A stretch of DNA of 24,000 nucleotides from an uncultured Alphaproteobacteria bacterium. Lineage in GTDB: Bacteria; Pseudomonadota; Alphaproteobacteria; ATCC43930; CGMCC-115725. Within the stretch, counting starts at the first letter, position 1; each line of letters begins with the position of its first letter. The notes below the pieces were generated by a model, which was given only the letters and a program-made list of their open reading frames with translations, was not told the DNA's origin and did no database searches. A program made the position numbers and the translations under genes. Positions 8,717-16,602 of this stretch are shown here, one piece after another. The stretch is taken from contig CAVRUN010000001.1 of NCBI GenBank assembly GCA_963724435.1, positions 1,207,135 through 1,231,134 of the forward strand. Reading direction: 5' to 3'.

Positions 8717-9883
8717 TCAGAAAAACACCTCCGGCGGCTGCCCGAGGAGGACCTGGCCGACGGTTTCGTAATGCGCGTCGCGCGACTGGATCTGCTGCGT
8801 GACGGTGTGGATGTCGCGAAAACGGCGCTCGAACGGGCTGCCGGGAAAGATCGCGTCGACGCCGGCGGCCTTGTAAGTCCAATCGGCGACGGCGGCGGCA
8901 TTCGTGATCGCATGTGATCCGGCAAGCCGGGCGCGGGCACGATCGGGCACACCGATCGGCGCCACGTCTTCGGCGCGATCATAAATGTCGCGCACCGTGT
9001 CGACTAGATAGCCACGAGCGGCCCCTAGCTTGGCTTCGCAGCGCGCGATCTCGGCCTGGATCACGGCGTTGTCGGCGAGCCGGCCGGTGCCGCGCGGAGT
9101 TTTGCGCTGCGCCAATTCGATGAACGCTTCGAGCATGCCGCGAGCGATGCCGAGCGCCACACTCGCGATGCCGACCGAATACAGCGTCTGCTGCGGGAAA
9201 GCGTAGAGCTTGCCGGGCTCGCGGCGCAGGGTCGGGTCCTCGCGCGTGCCGGTCAATTCCTCGGACACAAACAAATCTTTGACCGAATAGGATTCCGATG
9301 CGGTGCCGCGCAGCCCGATCGGGTTCCATTTGTCGAGCAAGGTCGCCTGCTCGGCCGGAAACAGCCAGGTGCGGATTGTCGGCCGGCCGAAGCGGTTGAG
9401 CCGCAATGAGCCGTCGGGCTCGACGACGGCGCCGTGCGCGCCCATCCAGCTCGCGTGGCGGCAGCCGCTGGCGAAATCCCAGCGGCCGGTGACCCGATAG
9501 CCGCCCGGCACGGCGATGCCTTGGCAATCATTGGGCGGACCCCAGGCGCAGGTCGCGCGCGGATCGCCGAATACCCGGCGGGCCGCATCGGGGCTGAGAT
9601 AAGGGGCGAACAGCCCAATGCTGTTGGCAATTGACACGCACCACCCGACCGAGCCATCGGCGCGGGCTAATTCCTCGACCGCGAGCACATAGAGCCAGGG
9701 CTCGACCTCGTCGCCGCCGACCGAGCGTGGGTAGAGCATGCGGAACAGCCGGGCCTCATGCAGCCTATCGACCAGCGCGCTCGGCAAGCGGCGGAGGCGC
9801 TCGGTCTCGTCGCCGGCGGCGGTAATCATCTCCATCAGATCGCGTGCTCGCGCCAACGGGTCGGCGCGCCTCAGATCATCCAT
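8717..9883 (-). CDS. Acyl-CoA-dehydrogenase-fold flavin-dependent monooxygenase (group D; IacA/HpaB-C2/DszC-like)
   Basis: 388 aa. The N-terminus ...ITAAGDETERLRRLPSALVDRLHEARLFRMLYPRSVGGDEVEPW... and the C-terminal RFRDIHTVTQQIQ are typical of ACAD-fold oxygenases rather than true acyl-CoA dehydrogenases. It is co-oriented with the Rieske alpha gene and 78 nt upstream of it. Confidence 0.8.
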   Translation of the reverse strand: MDDLRRADPLARARDLMEMITAAGDETERLRRLPSALVDRLHEARLFRMLYPRSVGGDEVEPWLYVLAVEELARADGSVGWCVSIANSIGLFAPYLSPDAARRVFGDPRATCAWGPPNDCQGIAVPGGYRVTGRWDFASGCRHASWMGAHGAVVEPDGSLRLNRFGRPTIRTWLFPAEQATLLDKWNPIGLRGTASESYSVKDLFVSEELTGTREDPTLRREPGKLYAFPQQTLYSVGIASVALGIARGMLEAFIELAQRKTPRGTGRLADNAVIQAEIARCEAKLGAARGYLVDTVRDIYDRAEDVAPIGVPDRARARLAGSHAITNAAAVADWTYKAAGVDAIFPGSPFERRFRDIHTVTQQIQSRDAHYETVGQVLLGQPPEVFF

Positions 9884-10009
9884 CAGATGTCCCAGTCTTG
9901 CATCGCGCCGGAATACCGCCGCGCCCGGCGGCCGCTGTCAATCGCCGATCACACAGGCCTTTGATTCCTCCACATGTCGATGTGCAAAGGAAGCGGAGCG
10001 GGATGATCA

Positions 10010-10132
10010 CCCTCTCCCCGCTCGGGGGAGAGGGCGGGGGTGAGGTGGGGACTCCCATTCGTTCGTTAAGCCACCTCACCCTCCCATCGCGGGGCGATGG
10101 GTCCCTCCCTCTCCCCGGGGGTGGCGGAGAGG
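10010..10132. repeat. REP/RIME-like composite element made of four consecutive GC-rich hairpins
   Basis: There are four perfect stems. Stem 1: 10010-10019 pairs with 10025-10034 (CCCTCTCCCC/GGGGAGAGGG). Stem 2: 10038-10048 pairs with 10071-10081 (GGGTGAGGTGG/CCACCTCACCC). Stem 3: 10085-10090 pairs with 10094-10099 (CATCGC/GCGATG). Stem 4: 10108-10114 pairs with 10126-10132 (CCTCTCC/GGAGAGG). The CTCTCCCC...GGGGAGAG theme is typical of intergenic mosaic repeats in alphaproteobacteria. Only one copy occurs in this window. Confidence 0.6.
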
Positions 10133-11403
10133 TTTATATTTCGAGCCGCGGCGGCGTCCCACATCAGCCGCGGATCGAAAGTTTCGGCGGCGAACATTGT
10201 CAGGATTACGACAGCACAGAAGGCGACGGCGCCCATACCCGGCTGGATCGTGATCACCGCCCCAAAGGCGACGAGGGCGCCAAGCAACAACTCCATAAAG
10301 ATGTCGATCATCGACCAGCGGCCGATAAAACGGACAATGTGATAGAGCCGGGTGCGGTCGCGCAGCCGGCCGGCAAGTCCGGTCTGAGTTGCGATCATCA
10401 TGATCGACAACCCGACGAGCTTCAGTACCGGGACCGCGATGCTGGCGAAAAAGACGAGTGCGGCGAGCGGGTATTGGCGCGCTGTGATCAATTCCTCTAC
10501 CCCGCCGAGGATTGTGCTTGGTTGCCCGGCGCCGAGCTGAACAATCGATAAGACCGGGTAATAATTGGCCGGGATGTAGAGGATCGCTGCGGCGATCACC
10601 AACGCCCAGGTGCGCTGAATGCTATACGGACGGCGCGGATGCAACGAGCTGCCGCAGCGCGGGCAATGCGCGTCGTGATCTTGCGGCGCGCTGACGAGAC
10701 CGCAGGTCTCGCAGCCGACCCCTCCGGCCGAGCCGTGGCACGGCAGCCGGTCGGGATCGTCCTCGCGGTCGAGCCGCTCCCACACCGCCTCGCGGTCGAG
10801 CGCACTGTCAAGCCACACCAGCACGATCATCAGCGCAAACAGCGCGTAGACACCGGTGCGCAGCCCGATCGTGACGAGGTCGCCGAGCTTGACGTAGGCG
10901 ACAAAGACACCAAGCACAAAGACCTCGATCATCGACCACGGCCGCAACTTCTCGGCCCATGCAAAGAGCCGGCGCAGATGGCGCGGCGGATACCGCTCGT
11001 GGGCGCGGATCAGCACGTATAAGGTTGCGACGAGCCGGATCAGCGGTGCGAAAACGGTCACGAACAACACCACAATCGCCAGCGGCGCCATGCTCTGCCG
11101 CACCAACTCTTCCGGCCCGGAGAACAAATTGGCGACCCGGCGAATGCCCGCGGTCTCGACACTCATCAGCGGAAACGCGCACATGACCACGAGCAACACC
11201 AACGCCGCGATCACGAGTGCGATGACGTGCTGAAGCCGGTGGGGAGAGACCCGGCGCAGGATCGTCGGGCAGCGCGCACAATTGGCTGAGCCGCCAAAAT
11301 CCAGCTCGGGGATCTGCTGCAGCAGCCCGCACCCCGGGCATTCGCACAGTTGCGGCCGGGTGGCTGGGGCCTCCATGCGCGGCGCGGGAGAAAGTTCGGT
11401 CAC
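10066..11403 (-). CDS. pqiA: PqiA family integral membrane protein (two fused PqiA modules)
   Basis: 445 aa. Two Cys4 zinc-ribbon-like motifs (CPGCGLL...CARCPT and CETCGLV...CPRCGS) each precede a multi-TM block, which is the duplicated PqiA architecture. The protein ends with FDPRLMWD plus a tail. A GTG start at 11403 overlaps the pqiC stop (GTGA). An ATG at 11376 is an alternative start. Confidence 0.85.
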   Translation of the reverse strand: MTELSPAPRMEAPATRPQLCECPGCGLLQQIPELDFGGSANCARCPTILRRVSPHRLQHVIALVIAALVLLVVMCAFPLMSVETAGIRRVANLFSGPEELVRQSMAPLAIVVLFVTVFAPLIRLVATLYVLIRAHERYPPRHLRRLFAWAEKLRPWSMIEVFVLGVFVAYVKLGDLVTIGLRTGVYALFALMIVLVWLDSALDREAVWERLDREDDPDRLPCHGSAGGVGCETCGLVSAPQDHDAHCPRCGSSLHPRRPYSIQRTWALVIAAAILYIPANYYPVLSIVQLGAGQPSTILGGVEELITARQYPLAALVFFASIAVPVLKLVGLSIMMIATQTGLAGRLRDRTRLYHIVRFIGRWSMIDIFMELLLGALVAFGAVITIQPGMGAVAFCAVVILTMFAAETFDPRLMWDAAAARNINLSATPGEREGPIAPRWEGEVA

Positions 11404-12008
11404 GCGCGGATCGGCAGAGTGGCTAGCATCGCGGCGACGCCGTCGGCGAGCCGGCCCACAGCGACGCTGATCGCCGCGACCTCGCCCGGCACGCCCGGCG
11501 TCGAGGGCGGTACCGAAAAGCGGAAGCTGCGCAGCACCGGCTGGCTCTGACCGGTGGCTCGGACCGCGGCTTGGGCCTGCAGCACGAGATTACCGGCGGC
11601 GTCTTCGTCGAGGCGCTGGATGTTGACTTCGACCGTCGCATCGGGCCGGGCGGTCACCGCGCCATTGTCGGCGATCACCGTGCTCTGCGGCAGGCGTTGA
11701 CCCAATTCCTCGACCAAAACTCGGTTTAACATCGGGGCCAGCGGCTCGCCCCACCAATCATTCGACATGACGTCGAGCCGGTAGTTCTCCGACGAGCGCA
11801 CGATCTGCGAGCGTTCGAGAAAATGCGCAACCGAGATCTGCTGCACCAGCACCACCCTCGGGCTGCGCGGCTGCACGGAACCCGATGCGGTTGCGATGGT
11901 AAAGAGCGCCGGGTCGGGCGATGAGCAGGCGCTAAGTGCGGCGGCAAACGTGACAGCCAGCGCGAGGGCTGCTGTCGCGGGCCGGCGCTGCGGCGACCTG
12001 TGGCTCAT
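11400..12008 (-). CDS. pqiC: PqiC/YmbA-type lipoprotein (ABC-type transport auxiliary component, DUF330)
   Basis: 202 aa. Lipobox LSAC at residues ~25-28. The pattern ...LVQQISVAHFLERSQIV...NDWWGEPLAPMLNRVLVEELGQRL...ATVEVNIQRLD parallels E. coli YmbA/PqiC. Its ATG overlaps the pqiB stop (ATGA at 12005-12008). Confidence 0.75.
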   Translation of the reverse strand: MSHRSPQRRPATAALALAVTFAAALSACSSPDPALFTIATASGSVQPRSPRVVLVQQISVAHFLERSQIVRSSENYRLDVMSNDWWGEPLAPMLNRVLVEELGQRLPQSTVIADNGAVTARPDATVEVNIQRLDEDAAGNLVLQAQAAVRATGQSQPVLRSFRFSVPPSTPGVPGEVAAISVAVGRLADGVAAMLATLPIRA

Positions 12009-13702
12009 TCGACTCCGCCCGCCGGACGGCCCTTGATCAGCGCCTCGGGGTGACGCGAAAGCAGGTCGGCAAGAGCCCGCAGCGAGCTCAGGGCATCGTT
12101 TGTTTGCACCAAGAGTCGGTCTAGATCGCGGCTGAATTTGGTGTTGTCGCCATAGCCGGCATCCAGCGAAACCAAAAGCTTGTTGGTGTTATTGAGCGTC
12201 TTTTGCAATTGGCCGGTCATTTCCGGCAACTGCTTAAAGGCTGGAGCCGTCCCAGCATTGAGGTTTCGCGTGAATGTGTCGGCAGATGCCAAAGTTGCTG
12301 AGAGCTTGTTTAATGTCTCGCGCATTTGCGGCCCGCTTAGCAAAGCGCTTGTCGATTGCAGCAGATTTTGGAGATCCTTGCCGATCTGGTCGAAGTTGAT
12401 CGTGTTGACCTTGTCCAGCAAAGTGTTGACCGAGGACTGCAGTCCGGCAAAGCCCCCACCCTCTGCCGAGGGCAATACGAAATAACCATCCTGCTCTTTA
12501 ACCTCGACCGGCGATGCGTCACGCAAGAAATCGAGCGCCACCTGTTGCTGGCCGGTGATCAAATTGGTGCTCTGTAAGGTCGCGCGCAGGCCCGCCTTGA
12601 GCACCGCAGCAACCAATTCGGCGTCGGTCTCGAACACCCGTCGCCCAACGCCAACGATCCGTTCAGGCTCGATCTCGTAGCGCACCGGTGCCACGATGAC
12701 GTCTTTAGTCCTGTCAAAGGCAAGCCGCACATCGAGAACGCGACCGACAGTCAATCCGTGCATCGTCACAGGCGAACCTGGGCCAAGGCCGCTGACCGAG
12801 CCCGGAAAATAAGAAACCACCTGGATCTTGCGCGTGTAGGAGGCCGCTTGTGCGGTGTCGCGGTCGGCGAACAGCGGGAAAACATGGTTATCGGCGCTCG
12901 CCACTTGCACCTTACCCCGCAAATCCGGGGTCTCAAAGGCGATGCCGCCAAGCAATAGCGCCTTGATCAATTCGAGCTGGATTTCGAGGCCGGTGCCGGC
13001 GAGCTTGATCGACAGCCCCGAGGCGTTCCAGAACCGGGTTTCGTCGTTGACGTAGCCGTCATAGGGAGCGCGGACAAAGGCGTGGATCGTCACATATTCC
13101 GCCATGTCGGCGATGTCCCAGCCAAGTACTTCACCGACGTTCTGATCGCGGAAAAAAATCGGCGAACCGAGCTGGATCGAACCTAGCCGCTTGGCCTTCA
13201 GCAAAAACGCATGGCCCGCAATGTGCTCGGTAAGGATCGGCGGATCCTCGACCCCTTTAAATGCGTGTTGCGGCTTTCCCGCCTCGGCGCCGGGCATCAT
13301 ACCGATGTAGCTGCCTGACAACAGGGTCTCGAGACCGGAGATATTGCCCGCGAAAAGTCGCGGCTTGACCACCCAAAATACCGTCTTGTCGGTCAGTAGC
13401 GGCTCGGCCTGATGGGTCGTGGCAAGCGTCACGATAACATGACTGTGGTCGGGCGCCAGTTCGAGGCTCTTGACCGTACCGAAGACGATGTCCTTGTATT
13501 TGAGCTGCGACTGGCCGGCCTGCAGACCTTCGCCGCTATTGAAGGTGACAGTGATGGTTGGTCCTTCCTTGGACAGCGTATCCCAGGCGAGCCAGGCGCC
13601 GATCGCCAGCGCCACCAGCGGGATCACCCAGATTACCGATATCCGCCGCGTACGCCGCGCCGCCGCCCGCGCCAAAACCGGCGGGTCGGAAAGATTGGTC
13701 AT
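12005..13702 (-). CDS. pqiB: PqiB (MlaD/MCE-domain) intermembrane transport protein
   Basis: 565 aa. An N-terminal TM anchor (ISVIWVIPLVALAIGAWLAW) is followed by three MCE-like modules (...ITVTFNSGEGLQAGQSQLKYKDIVFGTV..., ...KRLGSIQLGSPIFFRDQNVGEV..., ...SGLGPGSPVTMHGLTVGRV...). A long helical C-terminal region is rich in L, Q, N and T. GGGGAG lies 6 nt upstream of the ATG. Confidence 0.9.
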   Translation of the reverse strand: MTNLSDPPVLARAAARRTRRISVIWVIPLVALAIGAWLAWDTLSKEGPTITVTFNSGEGLQAGQSQLKYKDIVFGTVKSLELAPDHSHVIVTLATTHQAEPLLTDKTVFWVVKPRLFAGNISGLETLLSGSYIGMMPGAEAGKPQHAFKGVEDPPILTEHIAGHAFLLKAKRLGSIQLGSPIFFRDQNVGEVLGWDIADMAEYVTIHAFVRAPYDGYVNDETRFWNASGLSIKLAGTGLEIQLELIKALLLGGIAFETPDLRGKVQVASADNHVFPLFADRDTAQAASYTRKIQVVSYFPGSVSGLGPGSPVTMHGLTVGRVLDVRLAFDRTKDVIVAPVRYEIEPERIVGVGRRVFETDAELVAAVLKAGLRATLQSTNLITGQQQVALDFLRDASPVEVKEQDGYFVLPSAEGGGFAGLQSSVNTLLDKVNTINFDQIGKDLQNLLQSTSALLSGPQMRETLNKLSATLASADTFTRNLNAGTAPAFKQLPEMTGQLQKTLNNTNKLLVSLDAGYGDNTKFSRDLDRLLVQTNDALSSLRALADLLSRHPEALIKGRPAGGVE

Positions 13703-13885
13703 TTGTGTCTCCCCTGGCCCGGCGCGGTCCTGTGCCGCTGCGATCCGGGATCTGCAGTTTCCCGCTCCGAGGTGGCTCGGTCAATCGTGACGAAGACTAG
13801 ACCCGTCTCACCCGCCCGGGGCTAGCACTTTTGGCACAATCTGAACACTTACACTCGATCTTAAACCAACCTTTCTACACATCGA

Positions 13886-14227
13886 TTATCTGCTGGTAGC
13901 AAAAGCTTCGATAGGATGGCGGAATAAATCTGCCGGTTGTTCCGCCGGGGTTTCGATCATCAGGGTCCGGGTCGGGAACGCGAAGTCGATACCCAGTTCT
14001 TGCGCAAGATCCATAATCTGCAACAGGATCTCCTCGCGTGTTGCCAGCTCCCCCGCGTAATCGGCGACTTCGATAAAAAAGATCACCAAAATGTTGAGAC
14101 TGCTTTCACCAAAATCATTAAAGCGCACATACAGGTTGGTCTTGTTTGTGAGCGGGTGTTCGGTGATCGCCTGCTTGATGCGCTCAGCCAACCGCTCGAG
14201 CTTTTCGCGAGAGGTACTGTAGGTCAC
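13886..14227 (-). pseudogene. MscS-family mechanosensitive channel, C-terminal 113-codon fragment (same frame, directly after the TAG)
   Basis: It is in the same frame as 14228..15706: the 1479-nt offset between the two ORF starts (15706 and 14227) is divisible by 3. It begins with GTG immediately after the TAG. The sequence VTYSTSREKLERL...LYVRFNDFGESSLNILVIFF...ILLQIMDLAQELGIDFAFPT is the standard MscS C-terminal alpha/beta domain. It is not a plausible stand-alone protein. Confidence 0.7.
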
Positions 14228-15706
14228 CTAAATCAACAGCCGCTGGCGGCGCATCGTGCGCAGGCTGAGGTTTTCGACGGTGGCGTTGACGACGTTGTTA
14301 TTGGGAATCGAAACCAGTGAATTATCCGCCGTGCGGATTCGGGTGCTGCGGAATCCGACATCCTCGACCGTGCCCTGGGTCCCGCTGACCGCCACCAGAT
14401 GACCGACCCGAAACGGCTTTTCGATCATGATCAACATCGAGCCGAGCAGGTTTGCGAGACTGTCACGCGCCGCTAATGCCACCGCCAGGCCGCCGACACC
14501 CAGCCCGGCGAGGACCGAATAGGCGGGAAACCCAAGTTCGTAAGCCCCTTGGATGAGCAAAACGATCGCGATCACGATACCGGCAAAACGCATGCCGAGC
14601 CGGATCAGCTGACTATCGAGGCTGCGGCGCCGCAGGTGCTCGGATTGTACGATCCACTCGGCGAGGATACCGGCAGCGATGACCGAAAGCCATGCCGCCG
14701 CGAGGAAAAGCACGCCGGTTTGAATGAACGTGGTAATCACCAGCGGTGTGCCGCTGATCCGGAGGATCGCACACAGGAGCGGGACTGGGACGGCCGTTAC
14801 CAGGATGATCGCCAGCGGAGTCAAAATGGCGCGCCAACCGGGGCCGGACTCCTCGTCCTCCGGCAAGGCTTGACGACGGCCCACCCGGTTCGCGGCACAG
14901 ATCACTCCCGCGCAGATGGCCAGCCCGACTACAAAACCGAGCCATTGCCAGACAGCGACGCCATCGATCTCCGCCTTGGCCCAGGCGGGTAGCTGCAGCA
15001 TCCACCGGGTCGGGACGATGCTCTCCAATCCGATCGGCGAATTCGAATAGCCTTCGTAGATAGTGGCCGTATTGCCGCCGCTTAAGGCGCGATAGGTTTT
15101 GCTGAGTTCGGCTGCCGGGCCGGGCCTATAGGACAGCTTCTTTACCCGGTTGTAAAATTCGGGAAGGTGATCGACAGTCGCCGCAGTTACGAGATATTCG
15201 CCGGCGCGCGGCCCGCTTTCGACAAGGCCGATTTCGATCTCGGTTCCGGGCAGTCGCCATCGCTTTGCCGAGCTCCGTGCCATCGCGTCGGCATCGGGTA
15301 TAGCGTCGGCTGCCGGCACCTCGATGCGATCGAGTATTTCCTTCAGTTGCAATGCGCGCTCGGGGGCGACCGCATCCCGGAGTATTGGCGGAATCGCCGA
15401 TAGGTCTAATGCCTTGATCGCCTTCACCGCGTCGGATTGCAATACCGCAATCTGCTCCTGGCTCTCGTCAGGAGACAGGTAAAGTCGGCCCGACGCGCCG
15501 TATTCTTGCAAAACTTCCTGCATGCTGCGATAGGCGTCGTCGAGGGCCATGACGAAGCCTTGCAATGTGGCGCGCGGGCTCGAAGTGTCGACCGGACGCA
15601 GCGGGTTATTGTCGGTTGGGTTCGCTGCACTCGGCAAATTAAAAGCCAGCAGCAACAGAGCAGCTGCCAGCGCGCTCCCGAGAGCAATCGCGGCAACCTG
15701 CTTCAT
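14228..15706 (-). pseudogene. MscS-family mechanosensitive channel, N-terminal 492-codon fragment ending at an in-frame TAG
   Basis: Signal peptide (MKQVAAIALGSALAAALLLLA), a ~240-aa periplasmic domain, TM helices, then the MscS pore and beta-domain signature (LANLLGSMLIMIEKPFRVGHLVAVSGTQGTVEDVGFRSTRIRTADNSLVSIPNNNVVNATVENLS). It terminates at TAG (14228-14230) in the middle of the conserved domain. GGAGG lies 7 nt upstream of the ATG. Confidence 0.75.
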
Positions 15707-15746
15707 GACCGTGCCTCCGTCGGTTTTGGCGGTAAATCAGCATTAA

Positions 15747-15767
15747 CTGCCGGTATCATACCGACAG
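15747..15767. promoter_or_regulatory. 21-bp near-perfect palindrome upstream of the MscS-family gene (candidate operator)
   Basis: CTGcCGGTAT-C-ATACCGaCAG: 9 of 10 arm positions are complementary around a single central base. It lies 41-61 nt upstream of the start codon at 15706, in a locally AT-richer spacer. Confidence 0.3.
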
Positions 15768-16028
15768 AAACTCAGCGGCAAATTCTACGGCTAGCAATTC
15801 TTCGAGGCGGGGCGTCGTTGCCTATGCAGAATTGGCAAAATCGGTAAGAAGATTTCCCGCTCGGAGCGTACAGGCAATCGAGCTAGATACCAAAGGGTCA
15901 TGTACACACCCTTGGGATCCGGACACCTCGGGCAGATACGTGCAATAGCCGATTTTCGCTCGGGCGGTTCGCAGGCTTTCAAGGCAAATCGCCCTCAACG
16001 TTGCGATCCACCGAACCTCGGTCTCGGT

Positions 16029-16598
16029 TTAACTGAGCGGCGGAAGCAGACGATGGGTGAGCGTCCGCGGCAAAATGCCGACCCGGCGCGGATCCTCGAA
16101 CGAGGTCGGCCGCCGAGCATAGACCACAAAACCGGCGCGCTGATAGGTCGCGAGCGCCTTTGGATGATCGTAGGTCGAGGTGTGCAGCCAAAACCGGTCG
16201 ATCGGCCGGGCGGTCCAGGCGCGGTCGATTGCCGCCTGCAGCATATAGGGGCCGTAGCCGCGGCCGATGAAATCGGGGACGAGCCCGAAGTAGCACAGCT
16301 TGGTTTCGCGGGGCTCGGCGGTGTCGAGCTCGAAAAACCCGGCCGGCACACCCCCGACATAAAGCACAAAAATCTCGATCGTCGGCTTGGCAATCAGCTG
16401 CGCCAGCGCTGCGTCACCAAAAAGCCGCCGCTCGAACCACAGCCACGGCTCGCCCACCGTGTCATAGATGTAACGGTAGAACGACACCGTGCAGCTCTCG
16501 GCGCGCATCAGGGCAAGCTTACCCGCCGGCAACGGCACCCGCCCAGTCGGCGGGCGCGCCAGCATTTCCAGATAGGTGATGGTGTCCTGCAGCAACAT
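16029..16598 (-). CDS. GNAT family N-acetyltransferase
   Basis: The ORF is 16029..16676. I prefer the ATG at 16596-16598, 4 nt after the sseA stop, which gives 189 aa. It shows the GNAT core with the acetyl-CoA loop (LVPDFIGRGYGPYMLQAAI) and the C-terminal DHPKALATYQRAGF. Confidence 0.8.
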   Translation of the reverse strand: MLLQDTITYLEMLARPPTGRVPLPAGKLALMRAESCTVSFYRYIYDTVGEPWLWFERRLFGDAALAQLIAKPTIEIFVLYVGGVPAGFFELDTAEPRETKLCYFGLVPDFIGRGYGPYMLQAAIDRAWTARPIDRFWLHTSTYDHPKALATYQRAGFVVYARRPTSFEDPRRVGILPRTLTHRLLPPLS

Positions 16599-16602
16599 CA
16601 GA

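Noticed and set aside
9970-9983. Small palindrome CACAT-GTCG-ATGTG upstream of the ACAD-fold monooxygenase gene.
   Set aside because: The arms are only 5 bp. This is too short to distinguish from chance without comparative data.
13832-13846. TGGCAC on the plus strand, resembling the -24 element of a sigma-54 promoter.
   Set aside because: At the -12 spacing the sequence is AC, not GC (TGGCACAATCTGAAC against TGGCAC-N5-TTGC). No plus-strand gene lies downstream.
13886-14227. Lower GC (~50% by rough count) in the C-terminal MscS fragment, considered as evidence of a chimeric or horizontally acquired 3' end.
   Set aside because: The counts were done by eye on a few 60-nt lines and range from 43% to 60%. 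The drop is modest and could reflect relaxed constraint in a less conserved domain or in a decaying pseudogene.
15890-15916. Hairpin CCAAAGGGT-CATGTACAC-ACCCTTGGG downstream of the GNAT gene.
   Set aside because: The stem is only 6 bp plus 2 bp with a mismatch. It lies 113 nt from the stop, and no U-tract follows on either strand. That is insufficient to call a terminator or an sRNA.
15791-15982. A 63-aa minus-strand ORF in the 15707-16028 spacer.
   Set aside because: It has no ribosome-binding site and an Arg/Pro/Cys-rich composition unlike real small proteins here. It overlaps the hairpin at 15890-15916. There is no supporting signature.
15777-15990. Four copies of GGCAA(A0-2)TC in the spacer upstream of the MscS-family gene, at 15777, 15834, 15873 and 15983.
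   Set aside because: The motif is short and of variable length, and the spacing is irregular (57, 39 and 110 nt). This is plausible by chance in a 320-bp AT-richer spacer.
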